A stretch of DNA of 64,000 nt, taken from positions 691,992-755,991 of the forward strand of contig CP066686.1 in assembly GCA_016432365.1 (NCBI GenBank). Direction: 5' to 3'. Under the pieces are notes generated by a model. It had not been told where the DNA came from, did no database searches, and saw nothing but the letters and a program-made list of their open reading frames with translations. This document shows, in pieces, positions 36,278 through 45,354 of this stretch. Source of the DNA: Candidatus Woesebacteria bacterium. GTDB taxonomy: Bacteria > Patescibacteriota > Microgenomatia > UBA8517. Every line of letters begins with the position of its first letter. Positions within the stretch are counted from its first letter, which is position 1. Both the position numbers and the translations under genes were made by a program.

Positions 36278-37285
36278 GTGAAGAAGAAGTTCCCTTATCT
36301 AGTCTTGCGTGGGTCCCGCCGCGCTATTGGACAGGCTATTGGTGAAAACTTCCGAAGCAAGATTCAGGAAAGTGTCTTTTTGCGTCAACAAACAATTCCC
36401 CAATATAAAGAATTAAAAAGAGAGTCCCAGAATCATTTTTTGGAAACTTTACGATTTTTCCCCAAATTTATTGAAGAGCTCACAGCCACGGCGATCGCAG
36501 CAAATGTTAGTGTGATGGATTTGTTTTTTGCCAATACAAGATCGCTTTATGACGCGGGTGTAGCCTCGGAAAAAGGAGAGCTAGTGATTCACGACAGATG
36601 TACCACTGTAGTAAGTTTTGGCGCAGACGGTGCAATTGTCGGTCACAACGAGGACTGGGATGTTAAAAATACAGATGATTTATATATTTTAAAGGCCACC
36701 ATAGGGGAAACCAAATTTATAGGGATAAACTATGTAAACGAGCTTCCAGGAACTGCAGCCTCCATGAACAGTTGGGGACTTGTACAGGGAATAAATGAGG
36801 TTCATCAAAAAGAAACTGTGGGAATCCCCAAAAATTTCCTTGCCAGAGCGGTTCTGGAATGCCCTACTTTGATTGAGGCTGAATCAATGATTAGAAGGGT
36901 AAAGCAGGACACAGGGTTCAATCATCTTTTGGTTCAAAAAGACAAAGTAAAAAACATTGAAATTGCTGAAAGAAAAGTTAAAACGACTAATTTAACGAAC
37001 GAGCCTTATGTGCACACCAATCATTTTTTGACAGATTTGAAAAAATACGAAACTTACAGGACAAAAAGTTCGGAGCATAGGTATGACAAAGCTAAAAAGC
37101 TGCTCCAAAATAATATGAGTGAAAATGAAGTTGTAAATATTTTAAGCGACCATTCAGACGCAGAGTATCCAATTTGCAGGCACGATTCAACTATGGCTTC
37201 TTTAATATTTAAACCCAAAATTGGGGAGATGCTTGTTTGTTACGGCCCACCCTGCAAGGGAGAGTATGAAAAATACAAACTGTAA
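36278..37285 (+). CDS. Peptidase C45 / acyl-CoA:6-APA acyltransferase-like Ntn-hydrolase family protein
   Basis: The N-terminus GSRRAIGQAIGE and HDRCTTVVSFGADGAIVGHNEDWD (Cys nucleophile context) resemble the C45 family. Confidence 0.5.
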   Translation: MKKKFPYLVLRGSRRAIGQAIGENFRSKIQESVFLRQQTIPQYKELKRESQNHFLETLRFFPKFIEELTATAIAANVSVMDLFFANTRSLYDAGVASEKGELVIHDRCTTVVSFGADGAIVGHNEDWDVKNTDDLYILKATIGETKFIGINYVNELPGTAASMNSWGLVQGINEVHQKETVGIPKNFLARAVLECPTLIEAESMIRRVKQDTGFNHLLVQKDKVKNIEIAERKVKTTNLTNEPYVHTNHFLTDLKKYETYRTKSSEHRYDKAKKLLQNNMSENEVVNILSDHSDAEYPICRHDSTMASLIFKPKIGEMLVCYGPPCKGEYEKYKL

Positions 37286-37397
37286 ATATAGTCAGCTTCG
37301 AAAAGTCATCTAAGAAGGAGAAAACTTACGATGCTTTGTGGTTTTGTTGTGAGGTGAATAACCACTGGTATGCATCGACCCAACCTTGTACGTAATG

Positions 37398-37796
37398 TTA
37401 TCGAGTGAGAATGTAGTTTAAAAACCGATTGAACGGATTCATGTCTAAGCGAATGGTGCCGGGAAACTGACCGTGTTTCTTAAGCCAGTCTTTCATGGAA
37501 ATCATGTCGGGGTCCACTACATAAGGACGTTGCCAGTAAACGCGACCGCCCTTTTCGATATCTTTGGTGTTAGCAACTAGCTGCAAAATTGCATTGTGCT
37601 CACCATAGCTATCAGAACTGGCATACTTGCGGGCGATCCGCACCACTTGCATGATCTTGCTGGGATCAGCCTCGGTAACGAGCTGGCCCTGGTTTAGGTC
37701 CAGGAAGAACGTATTCTTCGGAAGACCTTCATCAGAGTGGGCTTCAAGGACAAGTCCTTTACTTTGAACTTCGTAACGAAAACGTTTTGTGTCCAT
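37398..37796 (-). CDS. Hypothetical protein, markedly GC-enriched (~48% versus ~35% locally)
   Basis: 132-aa ORF. Its composition and codon usage are clearly atypical for the window. It lies beside the tRNA-Pro 3'-end duplication. Confidence 0.5.
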   Translation of the reverse strand: MDTKRFRYEVQSKGLVLEAHSDEGLPKNTFFLDLNQGQLVTEADPSKIMQVVRIARKYASSDSYGEHNAILQLVANTKDIEKGGRVYWQRPYVVDPDMISMKDWLKKHGQFPGTIRLDMNPFNRFLNYILTR

Positions 37797-37954
37797 ACTA
37801 TCTCCTTTCTGGTTATAAAGAGCAAATTGATTACGAACTGCACAATAGTAGCATAAAACCGCGTCATAGTCTAACTATGGGACTAGCCCCTTTTTTTGAA
37901 GTGATAATATTTCAGAATAGGACTAGCTAACTCTACATTTAGATACAAAAACTG

Positions 37955-37973
37955 GTCGGAGTGCCCGGATTTG
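37955..37973. repeat. 19-bp direct repeat of the tRNA-Pro 3' end (GTCGGAGTGCCCGGATTTG), att-like
   Basis: Identical to 38023-38041, which is the 3' acceptor/T-stem of tRNA-Pro on the minus strand. Confidence 0.5.
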
Positions 37974-38023
37974 TGCGCAAAACCATTTCCTTAATTTGCG
38001 CTATCAAACACGGGAACCCGACG

Positions 38024-38096
38024 AGTATTCGAGTCGGAGTGCCCGGATTTGAACCGGGGACCTCTTCGTCCCAAACGAAGCGCGCTACCAACTGCG
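38024..38096 (-). tRNA. tRNA-Pro(TGG): tRNA-Pro (anticodon TGG)
   Basis: The reverse complement folds as CGGAGTG-TA-GCGC-AGTTGGTA-GCGC-G-CTTCG-TTTGGGA-CGAAG-AGGTC-CCCGG-TTCAAAT-CCGGG-CACTCCG-A. Confidence 0.8.
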
Positions 38097-38244
38097 CTAC
38101 ACTCCGTCGTCGGAATAAGCTTCACTAAACGGTTTACCGCTATTGCTCAAACCTAATCGTTCCGCTATTCCTCCTCTCAAAAATTGAAGATCAATTTTTG
38201 TGGGGAATAACTCCGACAACAGGAACATTTTAACACAAAATATG

Positions 38245-38316
38245 TGCGCCCGAGAGGAATCGAACCTCTATCACATGTTCCGAAGACACGTACTTTATCC
38301 GTTAAGCTACGGGCGC
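38245..38316 (-). tRNA. tRNA-Arg(TCG): tRNA-Arg (anticodon TCG)
   Basis: The reverse complement folds with D-stem GCTT/AAGT, anticodon stem CGTGT/ACATG, loop CTTCGGA, and T-arm AGAGG-TTCGATT-CCTCT. The acceptor is GCGCCCG/CGGGCGC. Confidence 0.7.
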
Positions 38317-38359
38317 CCTTCGACTTCGCTCAGGGTAAACTGCTACAATTGTACCTCAG

Positions 38360-39436
38360 ATGTTAACAATTGACCAACAAATAGAAGAAATTGAGGCGGT
38401 TTTACGCAAAACCCCCCATCACAAAGCCACAAACGGGTTTATTGGAGCAATGCGTGCGAAAATTGCCCGCCTCCGCGATCGCGAAATTGAATCAAGCACT
38501 AAAAGCGGTGGGGGCGGTGGTGGATTCACTGTAAAGAAACAGGGTGACGCTACAATTGTACTAATCGGTCCTCCTTCTGCCGGTAAATCAACATTAATAA
38601 ATAAGCTTACAAATGCTGAGTCTAAGGTTGCTCCGTATGCTTTCACAACGGTCACAGTTGTTCCGGGAATGCTTAAATATAACGAGGCGTACATTCAAAT
38701 ATTGGACATACCCGGACTCATTGAAGGGGCTAAGGAGGGAAAGGGCAGAGGAAAAGAGGTTTTGTCTGTCGCCAAGGGGGCCGATCTTCTTGTTGTCATG
38801 ACAGATGTAAAGAGAGTTGGAGCTTTTGCTCAAATGTATAAAGAACTGACCGGAAGCGGAATTAGAATAAATGTGAACCCGCCAAAGGTTCTGATAGATA
38901 AAAAAACAAGTGGAGGGTTGGAAGTGTTTTCCAATTTCAAGCAAACTATGGATAAAGAGACTATCAAAGAAATCGCCCGTGAATTCGGCATTAAAAATGG
39001 TAATATCACGCTGAACGAGAAAATAACTCAGGACAGGCTTTTTGATGCTTTTTCCGTAAACCGTGTTTATGTTCCGGCAATTTTTGTTGTAAACAAAGTG
39101 GACGAAGATCCTGATTATAAAGAAAAAATCGACGGACAGTTTGTGGCCATTAGCGCAGATAAAAATCTTGGAATAGATACACTAAAAAATGAAATTTGGA
39201 AAGCACTTAAATTTGTTACTGTCTATTTGGTAAAACCCTTTGTTGAACCTGACTTTAGCGACCCGATTGTTATGAATGAAGGCGACACATTAAAAGATGT
39301 TGCAGAAAAAATAGGTCCGGATTTTGCCGCTAGCAAAAAGATAGTCAAAATTTGGGGAAAGTCTGCAAAATTTCCGGAACAGGAAGTATCTTTTGACACA
39401 CCTGTAGGTGAAGGAATGCAAATTAGGTTTTCTTAA
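38360..39436 (+). CDS. DRG/Rbg-type (developmentally regulated GTP-binding protein family) OBG-class GTPase with C-terminal TGS domain
   Basis: Near-collinear with eukaryotic DRG1. N-terminal helix IEEIEAVLRKTPHHKATNGFIGAMRAKIARLR, a GGGGGG linker, G1 GPPSAGKST, G2 FTT, G3 DIPGLIEGAKEGKGRG, G4 NKVD, and a C-terminal TGS-like segment. Confidence 0.8.
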   Translation: MLTIDQQIEEIEAVLRKTPHHKATNGFIGAMRAKIARLRDREIESSTKSGGGGGGFTVKKQGDATIVLIGPPSAGKSTLINKLTNAESKVAPYAFTTVTVVPGMLKYNEAYIQILDIPGLIEGAKEGKGRGKEVLSVAKGADLLVVMTDVKRVGAFAQMYKELTGSGIRINVNPPKVLIDKKTSGGLEVFSNFKQTMDKETIKEIAREFGIKNGNITLNEKITQDRLFDAFSVNRVYVPAIFVVNKVDEDPDYKEKIDGQFVAISADKNLGIDTLKNEIWKALKFVTVYLVKPFVEPDFSDPIVMNEGDTLKDVAEKIGPDFAASKKIVKIWGKSAKFPEQEVSFDTPVGEGMQIRFS

Positions 39437-39854
39437 TCTCCTCTTAATCTTCTCTGTGTTATTGTTCTTGTATCTTAAGTTTAATTATATGAACAGCAAA
39501 CTTTCTAAAATAATAATTACAGGAATAATGGGGTTTTTGTCACTTGGCACCAGCGCAGTCGCAGCGTACAAATTATATTCCAATGTTAAGGCTGAAGGCC
39601 CTAACGTGTCCCAAGAGGCAACGCCAAGCCCTGTGGTTATAACACAGGAAGTTATAGAAGAAGTTATCGACCCTGGACCATCTGTAATGCCTACAGGAAC
39701 TCCCCGTACAATCATAAACAATTTTCATGATTCAGACGATGACCGTGTTAGTCTTGAGGATGACAGAGATTCCGGCGATGACGACAAAGAGGTAGAAACT
39801 CCGGAGCCATCCGAGACGCCAAAGCAAAAGCAAACCCCAGCCCCGGCCTTGTAA
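39408..39854 (+). CDS. Secreted acidic hypothetical protein (true start probably downstream, ~39488)
   Basis: The annotated start overlaps the GTPase 3' end. An internal Met is followed by a TM/signal segment. The C-terminus is D/E-rich. Confidence 0.4.
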   Translation: MKECKLGFLNLLLIFSVLLFLYLKFNYMNSKLSKIIITGIMGFLSLGTSAVAAYKLYSNVKAEGPNVSQEATPSPVVITQEVIEEVIDPGPSVMPTGTPRTIINNFHDSDDDRVSLEDDRDSGDDDKEVETPEPSETPKQKQTPAPAL

Positions 39855-39855
39855 A

Positions 39856-40179
39856 ATGAAAAAAATATCCCCAAAAATCATAGTAGCAATTTCTATCGTG
39901 GCAATTTTTCTTTTTATTTGGAAACTTCAAACCAATAGTTCTTTGCCTGTTTATGATAGCGTCTCGCTTTCCTATTTTGGCGGATCTGATGCAACAAAAC
40001 CTGTTTTACTCGCTTATCAGGGATACGTTTACGATGTCTCACCCGGTAGATATAAATTTTATAACCCGGGGCAACCGTATCACGATTTGGCGGGAAAGGA
40101 TTCAACATCTCAACTGGAACTCGTTGGCGGAAGTATTATCAAAAGCAAATATAAAATAGTGGGTATTTACAAAAAATAA
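39856..40179 (+). CDS. Cytochrome b5-like heme/steroid-binding domain protein (membrane-anchored)
   Basis: N-terminal TM helix. GYVYDVSPGRYKFYNPGQPYHDLAGKDSTSQL fits the b5-like pattern (YDVT...HPGG...G.D.T). Confidence 0.5.
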   Translation: MKKISPKIIVAISIVAIFLFIWKLQTNSSLPVYDSVSLSYFGGSDATKPVLLAYQGYVYDVSPGRYKFYNPGQPYHDLAGKDSTSQLELVGGSIIKSKYKIVGIYKK

Positions 40180-41438
40180 TGGGTATTTCCTTGATTATAT
40201 TAAGTTCGGTGATAACGGGATTATTGTATTTATTTTCTAAAATAAACCAACCGACTTTCCCGGAATTCTGGATTATTTTGGCCCAAGTTTCGGGGCTTTT
40301 CGGCACACTTTTTTTATCATGGAATTATATAGTTTCAGTAAGACACATGATTTTGGAAAAGATCTTTGGTGGATTGGACAGGGTTTACAAAACGCATGAG
40401 TTCTTTGGAATATCTTCATTTATACTCCTCCTTAACCATCCGCTCTTTTTAATAATAAATTTTCTTCCTTTTAATTCGACCTCGTTATATTTACTGCCGG
40501 GAAGAAACCTGGCTTATACATTTGGGGTACTTTCGCTATATAGTTTATTTCTTTTGGTAAGTTTTACTATTTTTGTAAAATTACCCTACCGTTTTTGGAA
40601 ATTAACACACGAATGGACCGGAATTGTGATTTTACTTGCTTTATTCCACGCTTATCTGATTCCTTCAGATATCAGTAGATATTTGCCATTAAGAATTTGG
40701 ATTTTAAGCTGGAACAGTTTAGCTATCTTAGCGTTCATTTATAAAAGATTTTTATATTATTTTCTGGCTCCGAAAAAGACTTATGTTGTAGAAAATGTAG
40801 TTCAAGATTCAAATTATCTTGTTCTTACATTAATCGGAGATAGGCAAAACTTTTTGAGGTTTAACCCCGGACAATTTGCCTTTTTTACAATCAACGGAAA
40901 AGGGGCAGATAGAGAAGAACACCCATTTTCCATACTTGAGCAAAAAGATAATTATATAAAAATCGGAGTTAAAGTTATCGGAAACTTTACTTTAAAATTA
41001 ACAGACCTCAAAGACGGAGACACAATTACAGTTCGTGGCCCATTTGGGAATTTCGGGGAGAAAGTTCAAGAAGCCAAAGAAATGGTTTGGATATCCGGTG
41101 GAATCGGAATCACACCTTTTCTGTCGATGGCGCCAAGTATTATGCCTGATCAAAAAGTTACAATGATTCACACTTCGGCAAATCCCGAGTCCAGACTCCT
41201 GACCGACAAATTGACAGAACATGCGGTGGTAAATCCATCATTCAGATTTATAAATCATCTGACAAGTTTGTACGGACGTTTAAATGCTGATAATGTTTGC
41301 AGAAGATTTAATCTTACAAGAAACTCATATGTATTTTTATGCGGCCCAAAAAAGATGATGGAAACTTTTGCTGAACAATTTAGTTCATATGGGATATCAA
41401 GAAAAAGAATTATTTACGAAGATTTTCAATTAAGATGA
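40179..41438 (+). CDS. Ferric reductase/NADPH-oxidase-like flavocytochrome (ferric-reductase TM domain + FAD/NAD-binding)
   Basis: ~6 TM helices with His-rich segments. FAD-binding HPFSIL motif. NAD-binding GGIGITPFLSM. Translationally coupled to the upstream and downstream genes (TAATG and ATGA overlaps). Confidence 0.7.
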   Translation: MGISLIILSSVITGLLYLFSKINQPTFPEFWIILAQVSGLFGTLFLSWNYIVSVRHMILEKIFGGLDRVYKTHEFFGISSFILLLNHPLFLIINFLPFNSTSLYLLPGRNLAYTFGVLSLYSLFLLVSFTIFVKLPYRFWKLTHEWTGIVILLALFHAYLIPSDISRYLPLRIWILSWNSLAILAFIYKRFLYYFLAPKKTYVVENVVQDSNYLVLTLIGDRQNFLRFNPGQFAFFTINGKGADREEHPFSILEQKDNYIKIGVKVIGNFTLKLTDLKDGDTITVRGPFGNFGEKVQEAKEMVWISGGIGITPFLSMAPSIMPDQKVTMIHTSANPESRLLTDKLTEHAVVNPSFRFINHLTSLYGRLNADNVCRRFNLTRNSYVFLCGPKKMMETFAEQFSSYGISRKRIIYEDFQLR

Positions 41439-41899
41439 AAATAATGCATTTTGCCGCAGGCATTGCGGTACTAAACACCATCCTCCTTACCGGAATAATC
41501 AATGCGAATGATTTAAATCTTGCACGGCTTAAAACCATTAATATGCCGACTTCCTTGTCAATCGCCACTCCGGGTCCAACACCAACCCCGATTGTAATAA
41601 TTAAAAAAATAATCGTTCATAAAATGGCCAGTAGTAACTCGGTGAAAAATAGCCCTATTCCGGGGCAATCTGCACCTCAACCATCAACCGCAACTCCGTC
41701 ACAGCCGGCCCCCACAAATGCGCCGGTTGCATCTTCTCAATGTGTAATTACAATTGATGGTGGAAGATATGACGTAACACAATTCCGGAACATTCATTCC
41801 GGCGGAAATGTTTTTAACTGCGGAGCCGACATGAGTCAAGCTTTTTGGTCGCGTCACAATGCAGCTATACTTAGCCAAATGCAGCAATATCGAATATAA
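41435..41899 (+). CDS. Secreted cytochrome b5-like domain protein
   Basis: Signal/TM at the N-terminus. RYDVTQFRNIHSGGNVFNCGADMSQAFW fits the b5-like pattern. Confidence 0.45.
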   Translation: MKIMHFAAGIAVLNTILLTGIINANDLNLARLKTINMPTSLSIATPGPTPTPIVIIKKIIVHKMASSNSVKNSPIPGQSAPQPSTATPSQPAPTNAPVASSQCVITIDGGRYDVTQFRNIHSGGNVFNCGADMSQAFWSRHNAAILSQMQQYRI

Positions 41900-41920
41900 T
41901 GCTCTTGGTAATTCAAAATT

Positions 41921-42592
41921 ATGAGACTCCTATTGCTGGAAGATGATACGATAATTGCCGCAAATATTAAATCATTGTTAAAAGGACAGGGCTACGCGGT
42001 AGATTTGGCCGAAACTATAGAAGAGGCTGATCTGAAAATTAGCGATAATGAATATGACTGCCTGATTCTCGATAGAAAATTACCGGATGGGGAAGGCCTT
42101 GATTTAGTCAAAAAACTTCGGGTCCAGAATTATAAAACTCCAATTTTGATTTTGACTGCCAGAAATCAAAATTATGATCAAATTGAAGGCTTAAACGTTG
42201 GTGCCGATGATTATTTGGCTAAACCATTTGATATCGATGTTCTTTCTGCTCGTATTAGAACATTGATTAGAAGAGGAGAAAGGATTCCTTCAAAACCAAT
42301 TATTAAAATTGACGATCTTGTCATTGATACGAATTCACAAAAAGTTTTAAGGCAAAATATTGAAATAAATTTATCACCCCGTGAATATTCTATATTAGAA
42401 TATCTTGCGTTACATAAGGGTCAAGTAATAGATAGAATGACTCTTCTTACCCATGTTTGGGACGAGAATGTAGATTTATTTTCCAATACAGTCGATGTAC
42501 ACATTCGTTACCTTAGAAACAAAATTGACGTCAAACACAGGAAAAAGCTTATCAAGACGGTTAGAGGAGGGGGATACATACTATGCGATTAG
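41921..42592 (+). CDS. OmpR-family two-component response regulator (REC + winged-helix)
   Basis: LLLEDD...LILDRKLPDGEGLDLV...ILILTAR, and the C-terminal trans_reg_C segment LSPREYSILEYLALHKGQVIDRMTLLTHVW. Confidence 0.9.
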   Translation: MRLLLLEDDTIIAANIKSLLKGQGYAVDLAETIEEADLKISDNEYDCLILDRKLPDGEGLDLVKKLRVQNYKTPILILTARNQNYDQIEGLNVGADDYLAKPFDIDVLSARIRTLIRRGERIPSKPIIKIDDLVIDTNSQKVLRQNIEINLSPREYSILEYLALHKGQVIDRMTLLTHVWDENVDLFSNTVDVHIRYLRNKIDVKHRKKLIKTVRGGGYILCD

Positions 42593-43908
42593 GCAGCCTG
42601 TCGGCACGGCTTGCTATTTTAGTTGGAATTATTTCTACTTTGGTTGCAACCGTCGCAGTAATTTCTATATTATTACTTGTTTTTTTGTTAACCGAAAGAA
42701 GTGTTAAAAAAAGTCTTGAGGTTGATGCAACTCAGATTATCCAAAAATTTTTACTAGTAGAAGGACGCACAATTTCTCTTAAAAACTCGTCCTCCGGGGA
42801 GGAACTAGCCAATTTCATAAGAGGAAAGGATTTGAGTTTGGATATAACTTATGAAAATTCAGCTACCATCGCAAAATATGGAATTTACAGGAACTTAGGC
42901 AGGGATTCTCTCACAAACCTAGAATCTATAAAATCGAAAAATGGTATATATTTTGATAGGGTTCTTGAAGAATACGGTCAATATGATATTTATATTACTC
43001 CATTAAAAACCTCAGAAAATATCGTCGGATATTTACAACTTGCCCGTCAGAATTATGTATTGCCGGTTCTTAAAAATGCCTTTAATACTGTGGCGCTAAC
43101 TCTTCTTCCTATCATTTGGATTGTATCGGGGATTGTTGCCCTTTTTGGTACAAGAAAAGCCTTGGCACCGTTTAATAAATTAGTCGAATTTATGGAAAAT
43201 ATGGATACAGAAAATTTATCCAAAAAAATTTCAACGACAGAATCAATGGACCGCGAAATTAAAGTTTTGACCGAGTCTTTTAACTCAATGACTGCTCGAA
43301 TCGCCTTGTCATTCAATCGCCAGAAACGCCTGGCCGCCAATATTTCCCATGAATTCAAAACTCCGCTAGCCCGTGCCGTCAGCAGTCTCGAGGTGGTAAT
43401 GACGACGTTGACATCCAAAAACAAAATATCTATTGGGAAAATTAAAAATGATTTATTACAACTTGGAGCTAAGGTGGACGATTTGCTGGAAACTTCCCTT
43501 CTTATGCGAACAAGCAAAGAAAAACCAAAAATTACAAACGTTGCCAGATTGGTTGGGAGTTTGGTTGACGATATCCCTAAAAATATCAAATTAACTCTGA
43601 ATATCCCAGCAAATTTCAAAATTCCACTTTCCGATTCCTATACTCAAATTTTATTAAGAAACCTGATAGATAATGCCGTTAAATATAATATTCAACACGG
43701 TTATGTTTTAATTTCTGCTAAGTACGAATTAAATAATTGGTTTATAAATATTGAGAATTCAACTTCAGGGGAAAAACACAATAGAGGATATGGTCTAGGG
43801 ATAGCCATTGTAAGTGATATCTGTTTGCACAAAAAATTGACGATTAAATACAAAACTGTAAAATCGGGGATCGTTGTCGCTACTCTATCAGGAAAACGTA
43901 GAGTATAG
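42583..43908 (+). CDS. Sensor histidine kinase (two TM helices, HisKA + HATPase_c)
   Basis: H-box ISHEFKTPLA. N-box LIDNAVKYN. G-box GYGLGIAIV. It overlaps the regulator gene by 10 nt. Confidence 0.85.
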   Translation: MRLGSLSARLAILVGIISTLVATVAVISILLLVFLLTERSVKKSLEVDATQIIQKFLLVEGRTISLKNSSSGEELANFIRGKDLSLDITYENSATIAKYGIYRNLGRDSLTNLESIKSKNGIYFDRVLEEYGQYDIYITPLKTSENIVGYLQLARQNYVLPVLKNAFNTVALTLLPIIWIVSGIVALFGTRKALAPFNKLVEFMENMDTENLSKKISTTESMDREIKVLTESFNSMTARIALSFNRQKRLAANISHEFKTPLARAVSSLEVVMTTLTSKNKISIGKIKNDLLQLGAKVDDLLETSLLMRTSKEKPKITNVARLVGSLVDDIPKNIKLTLNIPANFKIPLSDSYTQILLRNLIDNAVKYNIQHGYVLISAKYELNNWFINIENSTSGEKHNRGYGLGIAIVSDICLHKKLTIKYKTVKSGIVVATLSGKRRV

Positions 43909-43960
43909 GTCAAATATAAAGGATCGCTTACCTCTTGCATAAGCAAGCGATCCTTTTGTG

Positions 43961-44368
43961 CTATTCCATTAGGAAAGCGGTAGTTTCATCCATAAAATTG
44001 ATGAGTTCGGTTCTCCTAATTTTGCACTCGAAAGTGCGGACAGCGGTATTGCTGTTTCTGATAGTAAGTACAAACCAGCCAAACTGCGCCTCGGTTACAA
44101 AGAGTGAAAAGTCCACCTCTCCTTGGCCCTTAACGCCGTCTAACTTAGCTTCGGTGACAGAATAAATGTCTCCCTTGCCGTAAACCAGACGGTTCAGCTG
44201 ATCTCTGAATGCAGCAAAATTCGATCTGTTAAGGGTGATCCAAAACTCTGCCTTCCATGTTTTAGGAGCAATGTTCTTCATGAAATACAGACGCATCCCG
44301 TCCAACTTTGCATCAATATCCAGTCTTACTCGATTTCCGTGATCGATAGTCGTTCCAACTTTTAACAT
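43961..44368 (-). CDS. Hypothetical protein
   Basis: 135-aa ORF with slightly elevated GC. Confidence 0.5.
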   Translation of the reverse strand: MLKVGTTIDHGNRVRLDIDAKLDGMRLYFMKNIAPKTWKAEFWITLNRSNFAAFRDQLNRLVYGKGDIYSVTEAKLDGVKGQGEVDFSLFVTEAQFGWFVLTIRNSNTAVRTFECKIRRTELINFMDETTAFLME

Positions 44369-44526
44369 ATTATTCCTTTCTGTCCGAGGCGTTTTTGCCT
44401 GGGACCAAAGCGGATCCGGTTGATTTTCCTTTTACAAGGTGCAAGAAAGGGGATTGTATAAGATAAAGGGAAGATCGTCAAGTTATAGGGTGTCTATTTG
44501 GGTTCGAAGTATTGTATAATTAAGCG

Positions 44527-45354
44527 ATGAATTATGAATTAATAGATAGCGGAGACGGCAGGCGCCTCGAACGATTTGGTGATTATATGCTGGACAGACC
44601 CGACCCGGAAGTATTATGGAAAAAAATGCTGGATGAAAAAGAGTGGGATGCGGCGAATGCTAAATTTGATAACGGCTGGGTAAACCGTGACGTTCCCGAA
44701 AAATGGCAAATGGAAGATAGTGGAGTTAAATTTTGGGCAAAACTGGCCCCCTTTAAACATACCGGAGTTTTTCCAGAACAGAGGGAACAATGGGATTGGA
44801 TTAGCGAAGAGCTAAGATCTAAGAAGGAAGAAGTGGAAAACCTGAACGTCCTAAATCTCTTCGCTTACACGGGGATTGCTTCGCTTTTTGCTGCGAAGGC
44901 AGGGGCGAAAGTAACACATGTAGATGCCAGCCGCCCCGCGATAACTTGGGCTAACGAAAACCGAGATTTGAACGGAATGCAAGACGCTCCAATCCGTTGG
45001 ATTATCGATGATTGTCTAAAATTTGTTGAAAGAGAGGCTAAAAGGGGAGTTAAATACGATGCAATTCTTATGGACCCCCCGGTTTATGGACATGCGCCAA
45101 ACGGCGATGTTTGGGATTTTAATAAAGATTTTTCTAAACTACTTGAAGCATGTAAAAAAGTCTTAAGTGAAAAACCGCTTTTTGTTTTAGTAAACGCTTA
45201 TGCAATTTCTACTTCTTCAACTACTTTGGCAAATACGTTGCAGGGGTATTTTGGTGATCTTGGTGGCAAAATTGAAAATGGGGAATTAACACTTAAAGAA
45301 ACTTCAGGAGGCCGTCTTCTTTCCACCGGCATTTGGGCCAAATGGAGTAAATAA
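44527..45354 (+). CDS. Class I SAM-dependent methyltransferase (RlmI/RlmK-like RNA MTase fold)
   Basis: LNLFAYTGIASLFAAKAGAKVTHVDAS (motif I) ... DAILMDPPVYG (motif IV). Confidence 0.6.
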   Translation: MNYELIDSGDGRRLERFGDYMLDRPDPEVLWKKMLDEKEWDAANAKFDNGWVNRDVPEKWQMEDSGVKFWAKLAPFKHTGVFPEQREQWDWISEELRSKKEEVENLNVLNLFAYTGIASLFAAKAGAKVTHVDASRPAITWANENRDLNGMQDAPIRWIIDDCLKFVEREAKRGVKYDAILMDPPVYGHAPNGDVWDFNKDFSKLLEACKKVLSEKPLFVLVNAYAISTSSTTLANTLQGYFGDLGGKIENGELTLKETSGGRLLSTGIWAKWSK

